DNA of 64,000 nucleotides from Candidatus Methanoperedenaceae archaeon (GTDB lineage: Archaea > Halobacteriota > Methanosarcinia > Methanosarcinales > Methanoperedenaceae), in the NCBI GenBank assembly GCA_963753595.1, contig CAVWCX010000020.1, positions 16,280 through 80,279 on the forward strand, given 5' to 3'. This document shows positions 1 to 10,033 of this stretch, one piece after another (the first letter of the stretch is position 1; the number at the start of each line of letters is the position of its first letter). The translations under genes were made by a program, and so were the position numbers. The notes beneath the pieces were generated by a model that saw only the letters and a program-made list of their open reading frames with translations, did no database searches and was not told the DNA's origin.

Positions 1-255
1 CCGGGGTTCTTCCACTTCAACCAGAGCATTTGATTTCATGCGCAGCAATATCGAAGCGTAAAGAAGAGTTCGCCCGGATACGCGAAGATCCATTTTCTCT
101 AGTTCATCAACTTTCTTTAAGAATATATCGGTAAGTTCAACGATGTTGATATTCCATGGGTCGATCTCACCATTTTTTGCAAGATTTACCAGGATTTCAA
201 TTGGCTCTTCCAGTATATCTTCCTCCGGAATTACCTTCACCTCACCTTCAGTCAT
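1..255 (-). CDS. scpA: Segregation/condensation protein A (SMC kleisin), N-terminal part; runs off the window edge
   Basis: Manual translation from ATG at 255: MTEGEVKVIPEEDILEEPIEILVNLAKNGEIDPWNINIVELTDIFLKKVDELEKMDLRVSGRTLLYASILLRMKS; has the IDPWxIxI and LLxMKS ScpA motifs; not in the ORF track. Confidence 0.88.
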   Translation of the reverse strand, partial: MTEGEVKVIPEEDILEEPIEILVNLAKNGEIDPWNINIVELTDIFLKKVDELEKMDLRVSGRTLLYASILLRMKSNALVEVEEPR

Positions 256-296
256 ATTCTGATGATAATAAGCATATAAAGCACATAAGCATTTTG

Positions 297-1217
297 TTAT
301 ATATTCTGTTTCCTGCCGTCCTTTGATAACAGCACTACACGGCTTCCACTTGAATCATCTGCAATGTAATACCCTAGCGTTTGGGCAACCTGTCTTGAAA
401 ACCCAAGAACCTCATCATGTGAAGGCATATTTTCCTGGGAAAGCCGCTTTCTTGAAAAACCAAGGTGCATATAAGCTTTCAATTCTACATAATCAGGTTG
501 GGCAAGTTCTATAAGGTGTGCGTAACCTTCCGGGTCCACCATATTCACACCTTTGGTCAGGGTTATCCTGACCGCTGTTCTTGTGCCTGATTGTTTCAGG
601 ATTCCAAGTGACTGCTTTATGTTTTCCCAGCTATTTCCGATAGGTGAACATGCTTTTTCATATATATTTTCATCGGGTGCATTAAGGCTTATATACAGCT
701 GCGTGGGTTTTATTTTTTCTACCATTTCAGGTATGGTGCCGTTTGTGACTACAAAAGTGGTCATGTCATTTTTATGGAACTCTTCTATGAGTTCAGGAAG
801 GTAGGGATAGATTGTAGGCTCACCTGATAGCGAAATTGCCACATGTTTCGGGGAAAATGCTTCTTTCCACCTTGTTTTATCCATGAATTCCGAACCGCCG
901 TAACCTGAAATAAGCCTGCGGTGTTCATCAAAAACTCCCTTAACAATATCTTCAGGCGAATCCCATACATGAGGGACTTCTACCGGCACTTCGACCGCCC
1001 GCCAGCAATGAAGGCACCTGTGGTTACAAACCAGCGTGGGAGTCATCTGTATGCAGCGGTGAGAAGTCATTCCGTAGAACTTTGATTTATAACATGCCCC
1101 GGTATTGCGGATGCTCTTGTTAAGCCACAGGCATGTTTTCACAGCGCTATGGGTACCAGCAAGGTGATAACCATGTTTTTTAAGGATCGTTTTTGTAGTC
1201 TCTGGTAATGAAGTCAT
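297..1217 (-). CDS. taw1: 4-demethylwyosine synthase (radical SAM, Tyw1/Taw1)
   Basis: HSAVKTCLW, CYKSKFYG, HRCIQMTP, CxxxCxxC (CNHRCLHC), AISLSGEPT. Confidence 0.93.
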   Translation of the reverse strand: MTSLPETTKTILKKHGYHLAGTHSAVKTCLWLNKSIRNTGACYKSKFYGMTSHRCIQMTPTLVCNHRCLHCWRAVEVPVEVPHVWDSPEDIVKGVFDEHRRLISGYGGSEFMDKTRWKEAFSPKHVAISLSGEPTIYPYLPELIEEFHKNDMTTFVVTNGTIPEMVEKIKPTQLYISLNAPDENIYEKACSPIGNSWENIKQSLGILKQSGTRTAVRITLTKGVNMVDPEGYAHLIELAQPDYVELKAYMHLGFSRKRLSQENMPSHDEVLGFSRQVAQTLGYYIADDSSGSRVVLLSKDGRKQNI

Positions 1218-1342
1218 TTCTATTATATGTCTGGAAATTAATTGCCCTGCAATAAATTGGCATGAATATATAGATTTACATGAACAAAAAGTTATTATAT
1301 GGTAAATACCATCATTTGAAGAAAACCTTTAGAGGTAATTTA

Positions 1343-2539
1343 ATGGCAAGAAACATTCGCGTGGAAAAAATCACACAAACTCCGATCGAAAAGCAGGAGA
1401 TTGAAATAGTAGAAAGAAAAGGAGTAGGGCACCCGGACAGCATGGCTGACGGCTTTGCAGAAGCAGTGAGCAGGGCGCTTTGCAATGAATATATCAAAAA
1501 ATGCGGCACGATCCTTCATCATAATACAGACCAGGTCGAAGTCGTAGCCGGCCGCTCCCATCCTGAATATAAAGGGGGAGAATTGATCTCACCGATTTAC
1601 GTGTTACTCGTAGGAAGGGCAACAAAAGAATTTAAAGATATAAAAATAGCCGCAGATACCACAGCCATAAGAGCTGCAAAGAATTATCTTAAAACTACTC
1701 TTCCTGATATTGATTCCGAGCACGATATTATCATAGATTGTAAACTGGGTACAGGCTCAACAGACCTTCAGAGTGTTTTTAATCGCAGAAAAGCGCCAAT
1801 GGCTAATGATACATCTTTTGGTGTAGGTCATGCTCCTTTTTCTGAAGTTGAGCAGATCGTTTATAATACCGAACGAAAGATGGTCTTGAATTTCAAGAAG
1901 GATCTTCCCGCCATCGGAACAGATATCAAGGTCATGGGTATGAGAAAGAATGATAAAATAACCCTCACTGTCGCATGTGCCATGATAGGTAAATATGTTG
2001 ATGACCAGTCACATTATTTTAATATAAAGGAAGAACTTCGCAGTAAAATATGCGATCTTGCTTTAGAATACACTGACAGGGAAGTAGAAGTCTTCGTCAA
2101 TACAGGCGATGATGAAAAAACAGGGTCGGTTTACCTGACAGTCACAGGAACTTCTGCTGAAATGGGTGATGACGGCTCAGTCGGGCGCGGTAACAGGTGC
2201 AACGGCCTTATAACGCCTAACAGGCCTATGAGCATGGAAGCCACAAGCGGAAAGAACCCCATAAACCATGTTGGAAAACTATACAACCTTCTTTCTAACC
2301 AGATTGCAAAGGATATTGCAACAAATGTCTCAGGTATCGAAGATGTGTATATCAGGATACTTTCCCAGATAGGTCATCCGATCGATGAACCCTTGATCGC
2401 GAGCGCCCAGGTCATACCGCAAGACGGCGCCAATATGAAAGAGATCAAATCAGAGTCTGAAGCGATCATTGATAAATGGCTTGCAGATATCACAAAGATC
2501 ACAGATATGACTACAAGAGGAGAGCTGGAAACTTTCTAG
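1343..2539 (+). CDS. mat: Archaeal S-adenosylmethionine synthetase, paralog 1
   Basis: [27 protein letters not shown] and GKNP motifs; start moved to ATG 1343 after a GAGGT RBS. Confidence 0.95.
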   Translation: MARNIRVEKITQTPIEKQEIEIVERKGVGHPDSMADGFAEAVSRALCNEYIKKCGTILHHNTDQVEVVAGRSHPEYKGGELISPIYVLLVGRATKEFKDIKIAADTTAIRAAKNYLKTTLPDIDSEHDIIIDCKLGTGSTDLQSVFNRRKAPMANDTSFGVGHAPFSEVEQIVYNTERKMVLNFKKDLPAIGTDIKVMGMRKNDKITLTVACAMIGKYVDDQSHYFNIKEELRSKICDLALEYTDREVEVFVNTGDDEKTGSVYLTVTGTSAEMGDDGSVGRGNRCNGLITPNRPMSMEATSGKNPINHVGKLYNLLSNQIAKDIATNVSGIEDVYIRILSQIGHPIDEPLIASAQVIPQDGANMKEIKSESEAIIDKWLADITKITDMTTRGELETF

Positions 2540-2934
2540 CTTTCCATTATTTTTATATTTACAGTGCGCTTGCGTGGGCCGTCAAGTTCAACAAAGAATA
2601 TTTGCTGCCATGTGCCAAGCACAAGGTGCCCATCTTCAACAGGGACGATCTCACTCATCCCCAGAAAGACAGCGCGCAGATGAGCGTGTGCATTATTATC
2701 AATTTGATTGTGCGCATAGCTTTTGTTTTCCGGAATATGGTTTTCTAACATATCCAATATATCATTCCTGAGCCCCCGCTCATTCTCGTTGATTATTATG
2801 CTGCTTGTGCTGTGGCGCGTGGAGATGACGCAAATACCATCTGTTATCCCGCTTTCTTTTACGACAGCCCGGACGCGGTCGGTTATGTCGATAAGTTCAG
2901 TTTGAGTTGTGGTCTGGATATCCATGAATCTCAC
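2536..2934 (-). CDS. YjbQ/UPF0047 family protein
   Basis: HSTSSIIINE, NAHAHLRA, LGTWQQIFFVELDGPR. Confidence 0.9.
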   Translation of the reverse strand: MRFMDIQTTTQTELIDITDRVRAVVKESGITDGICVISTRHSTSSIIINENERGLRNDILDMLENHIPENKSYAHNQIDNNAHAHLRAVFLGMSEIVPVEDGHLVLGTWQQIFFVELDGPRKRTVNIKIMES

Positions 2935-3001
2935 CCTATAATATAAATGAATTTAAGAAATGCATAAGCTTTTTGATTATTACAAAGATATAGCTGGTCA
3001 A

Positions 3002-3613
3002 ATGGTATCAAAAGGAAAACTAATCACTCTTGAAGGAATTGACGGAACTGGTAAATCAAGTATCACTAAGATGCTCCAGAATAAATTTCCTGGGGCTGTT
3101 TTCACGCGGGAACCCACACACAGCTGGATAGGACGTGCTGTGAAAACAGCGATTGACTCCGATACTGATCCTCTTGCAGAATTTTTTCTATTTGTGGCAG
3201 ACCATGCCGAGCATATCGCCAGGGTTATAAAACCATCCATCGCCCAGGGGAAGAATGTAATATCAGATAGATATTCCGATAGCAGGTATGCATATCAGGG
3301 GGCAACGTTATCTAATATTTTCGATGATGCCATGGAATTTGCACAGAGTATCCATAAAGGCTGGACAGTCGTCCCCGATCTTACTATTCTTTTCACTATC
3401 GATCCAGCCATTGCTGTATCAAGATGCGGTGTCCGGGGAGAGAAAACAAAATTTGAAAAGATCGAGTTTTTAAAGACCGTCCAGGGGAATTTTCTAAAGC
3501 TTGCAGAAAGAGAACCGGAGAGGTTTGTGGTAATTGATTCCGGACTGGATCTTTCATCGGTTGAATTTCAGGTTGAGAATGTTATAAAAGAATTTCTGGG
3601 AAAGCATACATAA
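3002..3613 (+). CDS. tmk: Thymidylate kinase
   Basis: EGIDGTGKSS P-loop, TREP, DRYSDSRYAYQG, PDLT. Confidence 0.93.
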   Translation: MVSKGKLITLEGIDGTGKSSITKMLQNKFPGAVFTREPTHSWIGRAVKTAIDSDTDPLAEFFLFVADHAEHIARVIKPSIAQGKNVISDRYSDSRYAYQGATLSNIFDDAMEFAQSIHKGWTVVPDLTILFTIDPAIAVSRCGVRGEKTKFEKIEFLKTVQGNFLKLAEREPERFVVIDSGLDLSSVEFQVENVIKEFLGKHT

Positions 3614-3638
3614 ATAATGATGACTTAAGCAAAAATAA

Positions 3639-3995
<357 letters not shown>

Positions 3996-4045
3996 ACAAC
4001 GAGATCAAGTTCTGCGTTCCAATTTCTCGTATTCCCTGACAGTTT

Positions 4046-4615
4046 ATGGAAACAATTATCGGAAACACCAGATTAATCCTCGTATGCGGGGATATCACAG
4101 AACAGGAAACTGATGCTATTGTCAATGCCGCAAATCCAGGTCTTATGGGGGGCGGCGGAGTGGACGGCGCTATTCACAAGAAAGGCGGTCCTGATATTTT
4201 GAAAGAATGCAAAATAATACGCAAGAGTTATCCTGATGGATTGCCAACGGGACAGGCAGTAATTACAACAGGCGGAGCACTGAAAGCCAAAAAAGTGATA
4301 CATACTGTGGGTCCTGTCTGGCATGGCGGAATTAATGAAGAAAGGCAACTGCTTGCAAACGCATATAAAAACAGTCTTAAGATAGCTATTGAAAACGGGA
4401 TCAAAACAATATCTTTTCCATCAATAAGCACAGGAGCTTATGGGTATCCTGTTGAAAAAGCAAGCGTTGCAGCGCTCAAAGCGGTCATAGGATTCCTGAA
4501 AAAATATAATGGTATTGAGGAAGTGCGATTCATTCTTCACAGCTCCCATGACCTTGCGACCTATGAACGGGCATTAACCGAAATTACGGGCAGATGCGCT
4601 GATTCGACAGGATGA
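4046..4615 (+). CDS. Macrodomain protein (O-acetyl-ADP-ribose deacetylase / ADP-ribosylhydrolase, YmdB-like)
   Basis: GDIT, IVNAAN, GGGGVDGAIH, VIHTVGP, FPSISTGAYGYP. Confidence 0.92.
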   Translation: METIIGNTRLILVCGDITEQETDAIVNAANPGLMGGGGVDGAIHKKGGPDILKECKIIRKSYPDGLPTGQAVITTGGALKAKKVIHTVGPVWHGGINEERQLLANAYKNSLKIAIENGIKTISFPSISTGAYGYPVEKASVAALKAVIGFLKKYNGIEEVRFILHSSHDLATYERALTEITGRCADSTG

Positions 4616-4676
4616 TACGGATTATGTAATTGAAAATCCGTCCGATCCGTGTCATCCGTGTTCAATTCAAACTAAA
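4589..4676. repeat. 9-nt-periodic palindromic element, ACGGAT/ATCCGT flavour, copy 1
   Basis: Left arm ...GACAGGAT GATACGGAT; right arm ATCCGTCCG ATCCGTGTC ATCCGTGTT; 4631-4676 matches 6870-6915 at 43/46 nt. Confidence 0.8.
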
Positions 4677-4842
4677 GACCCACAATATGGTAGATAAAGA
4701 AAGTATCGATCCTTGTTTTGCTAATTTGAAAGATAATTATTATCGTCCTATAGTGAGTTCATGGAGTGAATGCTATTTTTCTTGGGACAGACCGAGGATA
4801 ATAAGGCGCGAGTGAAAGTGCCATTTAGTATACCTCGGATGG

Positions 4843-5754
4843 TCACTTAAAACCAGATTTTTCTTTCATATTGAAAACATCGACATAAATAAGCCCCATG
4901 GTTTGAGCAGCTTTGACTTTCTTGTCAATCATATCTGTAAACGATGAGAGTCCATCCACTATTAAAGTCAAATCTCCTCCATCAAATAGGACAGTTTTAA
5001 GAGCTTTGCCATCCGTGAGAGATTTAAGAGAGCCATGTGAGTACCCATTTACTGAAATAAATACTCCTCGACCATACATTTTCCCCTCCACTTTGTAGGC
5101 AAATTGATACAGAGCATCAGAAGCAGTCAGCCAGTCTTGCCATTTTGCCTCGAAAATATAGTTTTCCCCTTCGAATTTTATAACTCCATCAATTTGTTCT
5201 CCATTTATTTTGAACGGCTCAGAAACAGATAACTTTTCATGTAAACATAATTCTCGCAGAAAGGATTCTAATAAATATCCACGTTTTTGTAAAGATATTA
5301 TTTTTCCTTGCTCATCTTTTCCTTGATATAGCAAGGTAAATTGGCTACGTAGATCTTCGAGTGTTTTTTTGGGCTTACTAGCTTCTTCATTTATTCTGGC
5401 AATATTCTTCTGTTGTTGTTTCAACTTTTCATCACGAATCTCTTGAAGCTCCTTGAGATGACTAATTCTACGTAAAGCATCATTTTTATCCAACTTTTTA
5501 AGTTTTTCAAAATAATAAGGATTAAAATTGTTCCAATCAATTAATGAATGAAGCATGCTCCGAAATTGCCCCAGCCCGCCATCATCTCTATTCTGCAATT
5601 TTTCGAAAACCCTATCAACTATTTCCGAGCGGTATATTTCAGGTTCTTTTGAATTTTGTACGTCTTTGAGATCCTGTGAAGTGCATCCATTATTCTGGAA
5701 GAAAGATATTATTTCCTTTTTTGGCCAAAAAATTGCGAGAATACAATCCCTCAT
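4843..5754 (-). CDS. Mrr-like PD-(D/E)XK restriction endonuclease-family protein
   Basis: RGYLLESFL, EQIDG...YIFEAKWQ, GVFISVNGYS; AT-rich coding region. Confidence 0.75.
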   Translation of the reverse strand: MRDCILAIFWPKKEIISFFQNNGCTSQDLKDVQNSKEPEIYRSEIVDRVFEKLQNRDDGGLGQFRSMLHSLIDWNNFNPYYFEKLKKLDKNDALRRISHLKELQEIRDEKLKQQQKNIARINEEASKPKKTLEDLRSQFTLLYQGKDEQGKIISLQKRGYLLESFLRELCLHEKLSVSEPFKINGEQIDGVIKFEGENYIFEAKWQDWLTASDALYQFAYKVEGKMYGRGVFISVNGYSHGSLKSLTDGKALKTVLFDGGDLTLIVDGLSSFTDMIDKKVKAAQTMGLIYVDVFNMKEKSGFK

Positions 5755-6065
5755 GCTATCTTTTATATCTTTAGGAAATGTGATTTTAATTTTTATACCA
5801 CCTATATATTAGATCATTATGTGGGGAATGGCATTGAATCATTTGAATCTTCGAAATCTTCTAAATCCAATCGGCAGTTAATATTAACTACTTCATCTTC
5901 CCTCTTTTCTATCAATAAGTATATATTAGTATTTAAAGATGAAATAAGCATTTAAATTCAAGTATCGACTGCAAGCTTTTTTTGGCGTCTTATTGCAGGA
6001 TTTTTATAAAATTATATGTTGTTTGGATAAAAAAAATATTCAAATGGATTGCATGTATTGGTTTC

Positions 6066-6081
6066 CTTTACTGAAAGGCGC
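6066..6081 (+). repeat. 16-bp direct repeat CTTTACTGAAAGGCGC, copy 1
   Basis: Exact match to 7693-7708. Confidence 0.7.
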
Positions 6082-6793
6082 AGGAAGTTATAATCACGTA
6101 TTAATATTCAATAAATATCAGTCGTTAGAGTCTGATATCTATTCTATAAGCAATTAATTATATTTACCCCAACCATTATCAGGATTTTTACGGCAGGTTA
6201 AAATGTAAATAATGCAATGTTGAATTGGAAAGTACATGTTAAAATTAAGGTATTGTTTTATTCTTATGGGAATCGCACTTTTTCTCTCAGCCACTATGAC
6301 TTCAAGTGAGGCTTCTGAAATAAACCAAACGGTTTTTGATAAACCTATGATATCGTCGATAGAAACAAAGCAAGTTGTAATTGGTGAACAAAATGATGAC
6401 CTATACATCACATTAGATAAGTGTTTACCTGACCAATTAATAGGACAGAATAAAGTAATTGTAATTGACGCTTCGGGGACTACCGGACTCAGAAACTCTA
6501 CATCTGAATTTTCAGTTAATAGTCTTATTCTTGCTAATGCTATCAACCTTATCCGAAGAATAAATCCCAACACCAATATTGGAATAGTTGCATTTGGGGG
6601 GTCTATAAATAAAACAGGGATTCTATCAATGAAGAATGAAACTAATAAAACATACCTTGAAAATTTCATAGGACAGATTGCTCCTAAAGGAGAAACAAAC
6701 CTTGATATAGGACTTCTTGCAGCAACTGAATTATTAAATTCAACCAACGGCAAAAAAGAGATTATATTATTCTCAGATGGTTTTATAACGACT

Positions 6794-6996
6794 CATTTGT
6801 CATCGGTTAAGAGAGAAATCATCAAATAGAACACGGATGACGCAGATGATACGGATGCGCACGGATCCGTGAAAATCCGCGCGATCCGTGTCATCCGTGT
6901 TCTATTCAAACTAAACCTGAAAAGCATGGAAAATTAACAACTCTTTGAACAATTGTATAGTACAAGCATGTTGAATTCCTTAACCGATGACCGATG
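6794..6996. mobile_element. 203-bp non-autonomous MITE with IS4-family (ISH8-like) ends
   Basis: TIRs CATTTGTCATCGGTTAAG / CTTAACCGATGACCGATG (16/18); 10-bp TSD TATAACGACT at 6784-6793 and 6997-7006; no transposase. Confidence 0.9.
6825..6915. repeat. 9-nt-periodic palindromic element, ACGGAT/ATCCGT flavour, copy 2 (inside the MITE)
   Basis: Perfect 17-bp inverted repeat AATAGAACACGGATGAC (6825-6841) / GTCATCCGTGTTCTATT (6890-6906), with four periodic units per arm. Confidence 0.88.
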
Positions 6997-7692
6997 TATA
7001 ACGACTGATAATAAGAGTTATGAAGCATTAGAAAAAATTGTGAAAGATATAAAGAAAAGGGATATTGAAATCAATTTTATCCAAATAATTACTTCAGACA
7101 AATATTTAGATTTTCTATTTCTTAGATATAATAAATTAGCTGAAGCTGTCGGTAGTCGGGTAATAATTCTGAATCCGGAAGACAGAGCGATACATTCTAA
7201 AGAACCTTCTTTGTTTGAATCCTGTTCTATGAAAACAAATGAAACAAATATAATAACGGTAACAACAAGTGATGGAACTCAAATTTCAGGCGCAGAAATA
7301 AGTTTGGACAATATTTCTATAGGGGAGACGACTCGTGGTGAACTTGGCTATACCACCCTCAGAACTGGAGAGCATTATTTTACCGCAAATAAATCTGGAT
7401 ACAATAAAGCTGTCATAAAAGCTGTAATCTCTTTGGAAAATATTACCGTAAAAAAAACCGACCCTTTCAATGACTCACAGTTGAAACCAGAGGTTAAAGA
7501 GGTAAAAGAACCATTAAACGGATTCGAAGGATTTCAAAAGAAACCATCTTGGTTAGAATCCACAATACATTCAATACTTGGCTGGTTTAGGTAGATTTTT
7601 TACCTATTATTTTCAAGTTCGCTTTCTAAATCTATTTTGAGAATATTTGCTATAATGTTGTCACTTCAAGGATTTACAGGTACTGTGACTTT

Positions 7693-7708
7693 CTTTACTG
7701 AAAGGCGC
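7693..7708 (+). repeat. 16-bp direct repeat CTTTACTGAAAGGCGC, copy 2
   Basis: Exact match to 6066-6081. Confidence 0.7.
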
Positions 7709-8735
7709 GCAGGGTGTCTATCTTATCCACTGAAATAAGCCCTCACCACACTTATCGCTTCTTGCTTTGTTATCGTTCCACTGAAATAATCTCTAACAGC
7801 CTGTACTGCCTCATTCTTGTCGATCTTTCCATTGCCATTCGTATCATAGCTTGTGGGAGTTGGGGTGGGAGTAGAAACTGGAACTACCTCAATAGTCCAA
7901 TTTATCCAATTTAAACATGAACCATTAACATTATTACAGGTTATATTAGTATAATTATTTCCAAGTTCAGTAAATGTTTTAAGGAAATTTCCTTCTGTTG
8001 TTTCATTTCCAGAAACATATAAACTATTTAGAGAAATCCAATCCACACTTTGATTTGAAGTTACATTAAAATAAATAGTAGTACCTTTTTTTACATTCAA
8101 AGATAATGAATCATTATTAGATTGATTATTTTCCCACGAAATAATGTTTGGATCTGGAGGAGGAGTTATTGTTACAGAAGGTGCCGTCATTGCAGTATGA
8201 TTTACCCAGGTTATATTGGTATTACCTGCAACATCGACCGTTCTTGTATTTAAGTTATAAATTGTATTGGGGGTCAATCCAGTTGCATTGTAATATTGAA
8301 TTCCTTTTGTGATATTGATCTGAAAAGATTCATTAAGATAAATCATCACTTTTTCGAAATCTTCGTCTGCAGAATCTGTCCATGTCCAGTTGATATAGGT
8401 TTGAGCATAGGAAATGTTATTCAAATTCGAGATAGTTTTTGGTGGAGTGATGTCTAAAGTGAAATTCATTGAAAGCGGTAGGTAGTCGATATTGTAAATG
8501 TCTAATGAATAGGATGAATCGCATATTCCATCTCCTTCGCTATCTATGCAGGTCTGGCTAAAACCTGTACCTTTTGGATTTACCCAGAAGTTACCACCGA
8601 AATGGAAGCCACCGATAATGTTAGTGCCCGATTTTTTCGTAATGTTCCATGTATCAATATTTGAGCCAGAGAATTCAAAATTGTTTGTATTATTGAAAAT
8701 GTTGTTGTAGATCATGTTATTGGTGGAATAACTAA

Positions 8736-10033
8736 GGGATTGCCGAAAAATAACTTATCTAAATTAATTCCCTTCCTCTTTTGGGGAAAGAGAATAATTC
8801 CATTTTGGGTGTAAAGAATGGTATTCTATCTTCAATCTTGCCATATCTTCATCAGAGAATTTAACTCCTTTATTATATTCCTTTTCATCTAATAGCGATG
8901 CCACAGTAAGACCTTTGTTTGTCTTTGTGCCACTGATCAGTTCAATAATTGTTTCAAAACTAACGAGCGGTTTCCCCTTCCAATTCATTGTAATGAATGA
9001 GAACATGCGATGTTCTATCTTGTTCCATTTGCTTGTCCCAGGAGGGTAATGGCATACGGTAATAGGTATTTTTATTTGGTTCACCAATTCTTGTAAATGA
9101 AATTTCCAGCCTTTATTGCGACTTCCATTGCTCCCCCCACCATCTGCACATATCATCAGACCTTTTGCATCTGGATAATTATTTCTTCCAAACATAAGCC
9201 ACCATTGCCTTATGCTTTCAACGGCAAATTCGGACGTATCATAACTCATTCCCACATTTACCATTCCTTCATTTCTCTTAAGATCATAAATCCCATATGG
9301 TGTCGCCCTTCCAATCCCAAGTGAAGGAAAATCATACACATTTACTTCTTTTGCCTTGCCTTTTTTCTCCCATGTTCTTCCAGGATTTTTGAATTCTCCT
9401 ACATTTTCTTTCTTTTTTGCATCAACTGATATTACGGGATACTCCTGATTTATAAATTCTTTAGCTTTTTCGTTTATATACCTGAACTGGGCATCTCTTT
9501 CGGGAACTGAAGAACCTTCGATGTTTTTCTTATTGGCCTGAAGCGAGTAATCGTTTTCCTTCAATAAACGTCCTACTGTATCTGGATCGATTTTATGTTT
9601 TAGCTTTTTCAATTCATCAGCGATCTTGTAGGTTGATTTGTTTGTCCATTTCAGCAGGCTCATTGGGTCGCCTGAGGTGTTTTCATCCATTATTTTTTCA
9701 AGATCTCCAATTATTTCGGGATCTTTTATTTCTACCTTTTTTCTTCCTCCTCCAAGTGCTCGAAGTCTTTCTGGAGGTTTAAGTTTCTCTGACGTTTTGA
9801 GTTCCTCTATCCCTTTATGGATAGTCGAATGGGACATGCCTGTTAATTCTTCAACTTTTGAGACTCCACCCCACCCAATTTCAAGTGCTATGGCTCCTGC
9901 AAAACGTCTTGCTTGAACTTCATCCGCTCCTGATAGGGCTTTTAGCCACCATGTGTACTCCTTGTTAGTATCCATGCCACTATATATGATGGCTTAGATT
10001 ATATAATTTACTAATTTATTTTTAGGTATTGCC
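8736..10033 (-). mobile_element. ISAzo13-family insertion sequence, 1298 bp
   Basis: Imperfect TIRs GGGATTGCCGAAAAATAACTTA / TAATTTATTTTTAGGTATTGCC; TAA duplicated at 8733-8735 and 10034-10036. Confidence 0.88.
8764..9975 (-). CDS. ISAzo13-family DDE transposase, intact
   Basis: GDPMSLLKWT, ISVDAKKKE, PYGIYD, ADGGGSNG, HYPPGTSKWNKIEHRMFS. Confidence 0.93.
   Translation of the reverse strand: MDTNKEYTWWLKALSGADEVQARRFAGAIALEIGWGGVSKVEELTGMSHSTIHKGIEELKTSEKLKPPERLRALGGGRKKVEIKDPEIIGDLEKIMDENTSGDPMSLLKWTNKSTYKIADELKKLKHKIDPDTVGRLLKENDYSLQANKKNIEGSSVPERDAQFRYINEKAKEFINQEYPVISVDAKKKENVGEFKNPGRTWEKKGKAKEVNVYDFPSLGIGRATPYGIYDLKRNEGMVNVGMSYDTSEFAVESIRQWWLMFGRNNYPDAKGLMICADGGGSNGSRNKGWKFHLQELVNQIKIPITVCHYPPGTSKWNKIEHRMFSFITMNWKGKPLVSFETIIELISGTKTNKGLTVASLLDEKEYNKGVKFSDEDMARLKIEYHSLHPKWNYSLSPKEEGN

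Larger units (their letters stand above)
6236..7594 (+). pseudogene. Secreted vWA-domain protein with a C-terminal beta-sandwich-like region, split by a MITE
   Basis: Signal peptide; VIVIDASGT, VAFGG, GETNL and ILFSDG vWA motifs; removing 6794-7006 joins SDGFITT to DNKSYEALEK in frame, giving 381 aa. Confidence 0.85.

Noticed and set aside
5815-5915. Acidic reading-frame fragment on the minus strand (..LDLEDFEDSNDSMPFPT*)
   Set aside because: Could be a truncated gene tail, but it has no start codon or recognisable family.
6827-6829. Pyrrolysine read-through of the TAG ending the first vWA ORF
   Set aside because: The TAG lies inside the MITE; the insertion fully explains the split.
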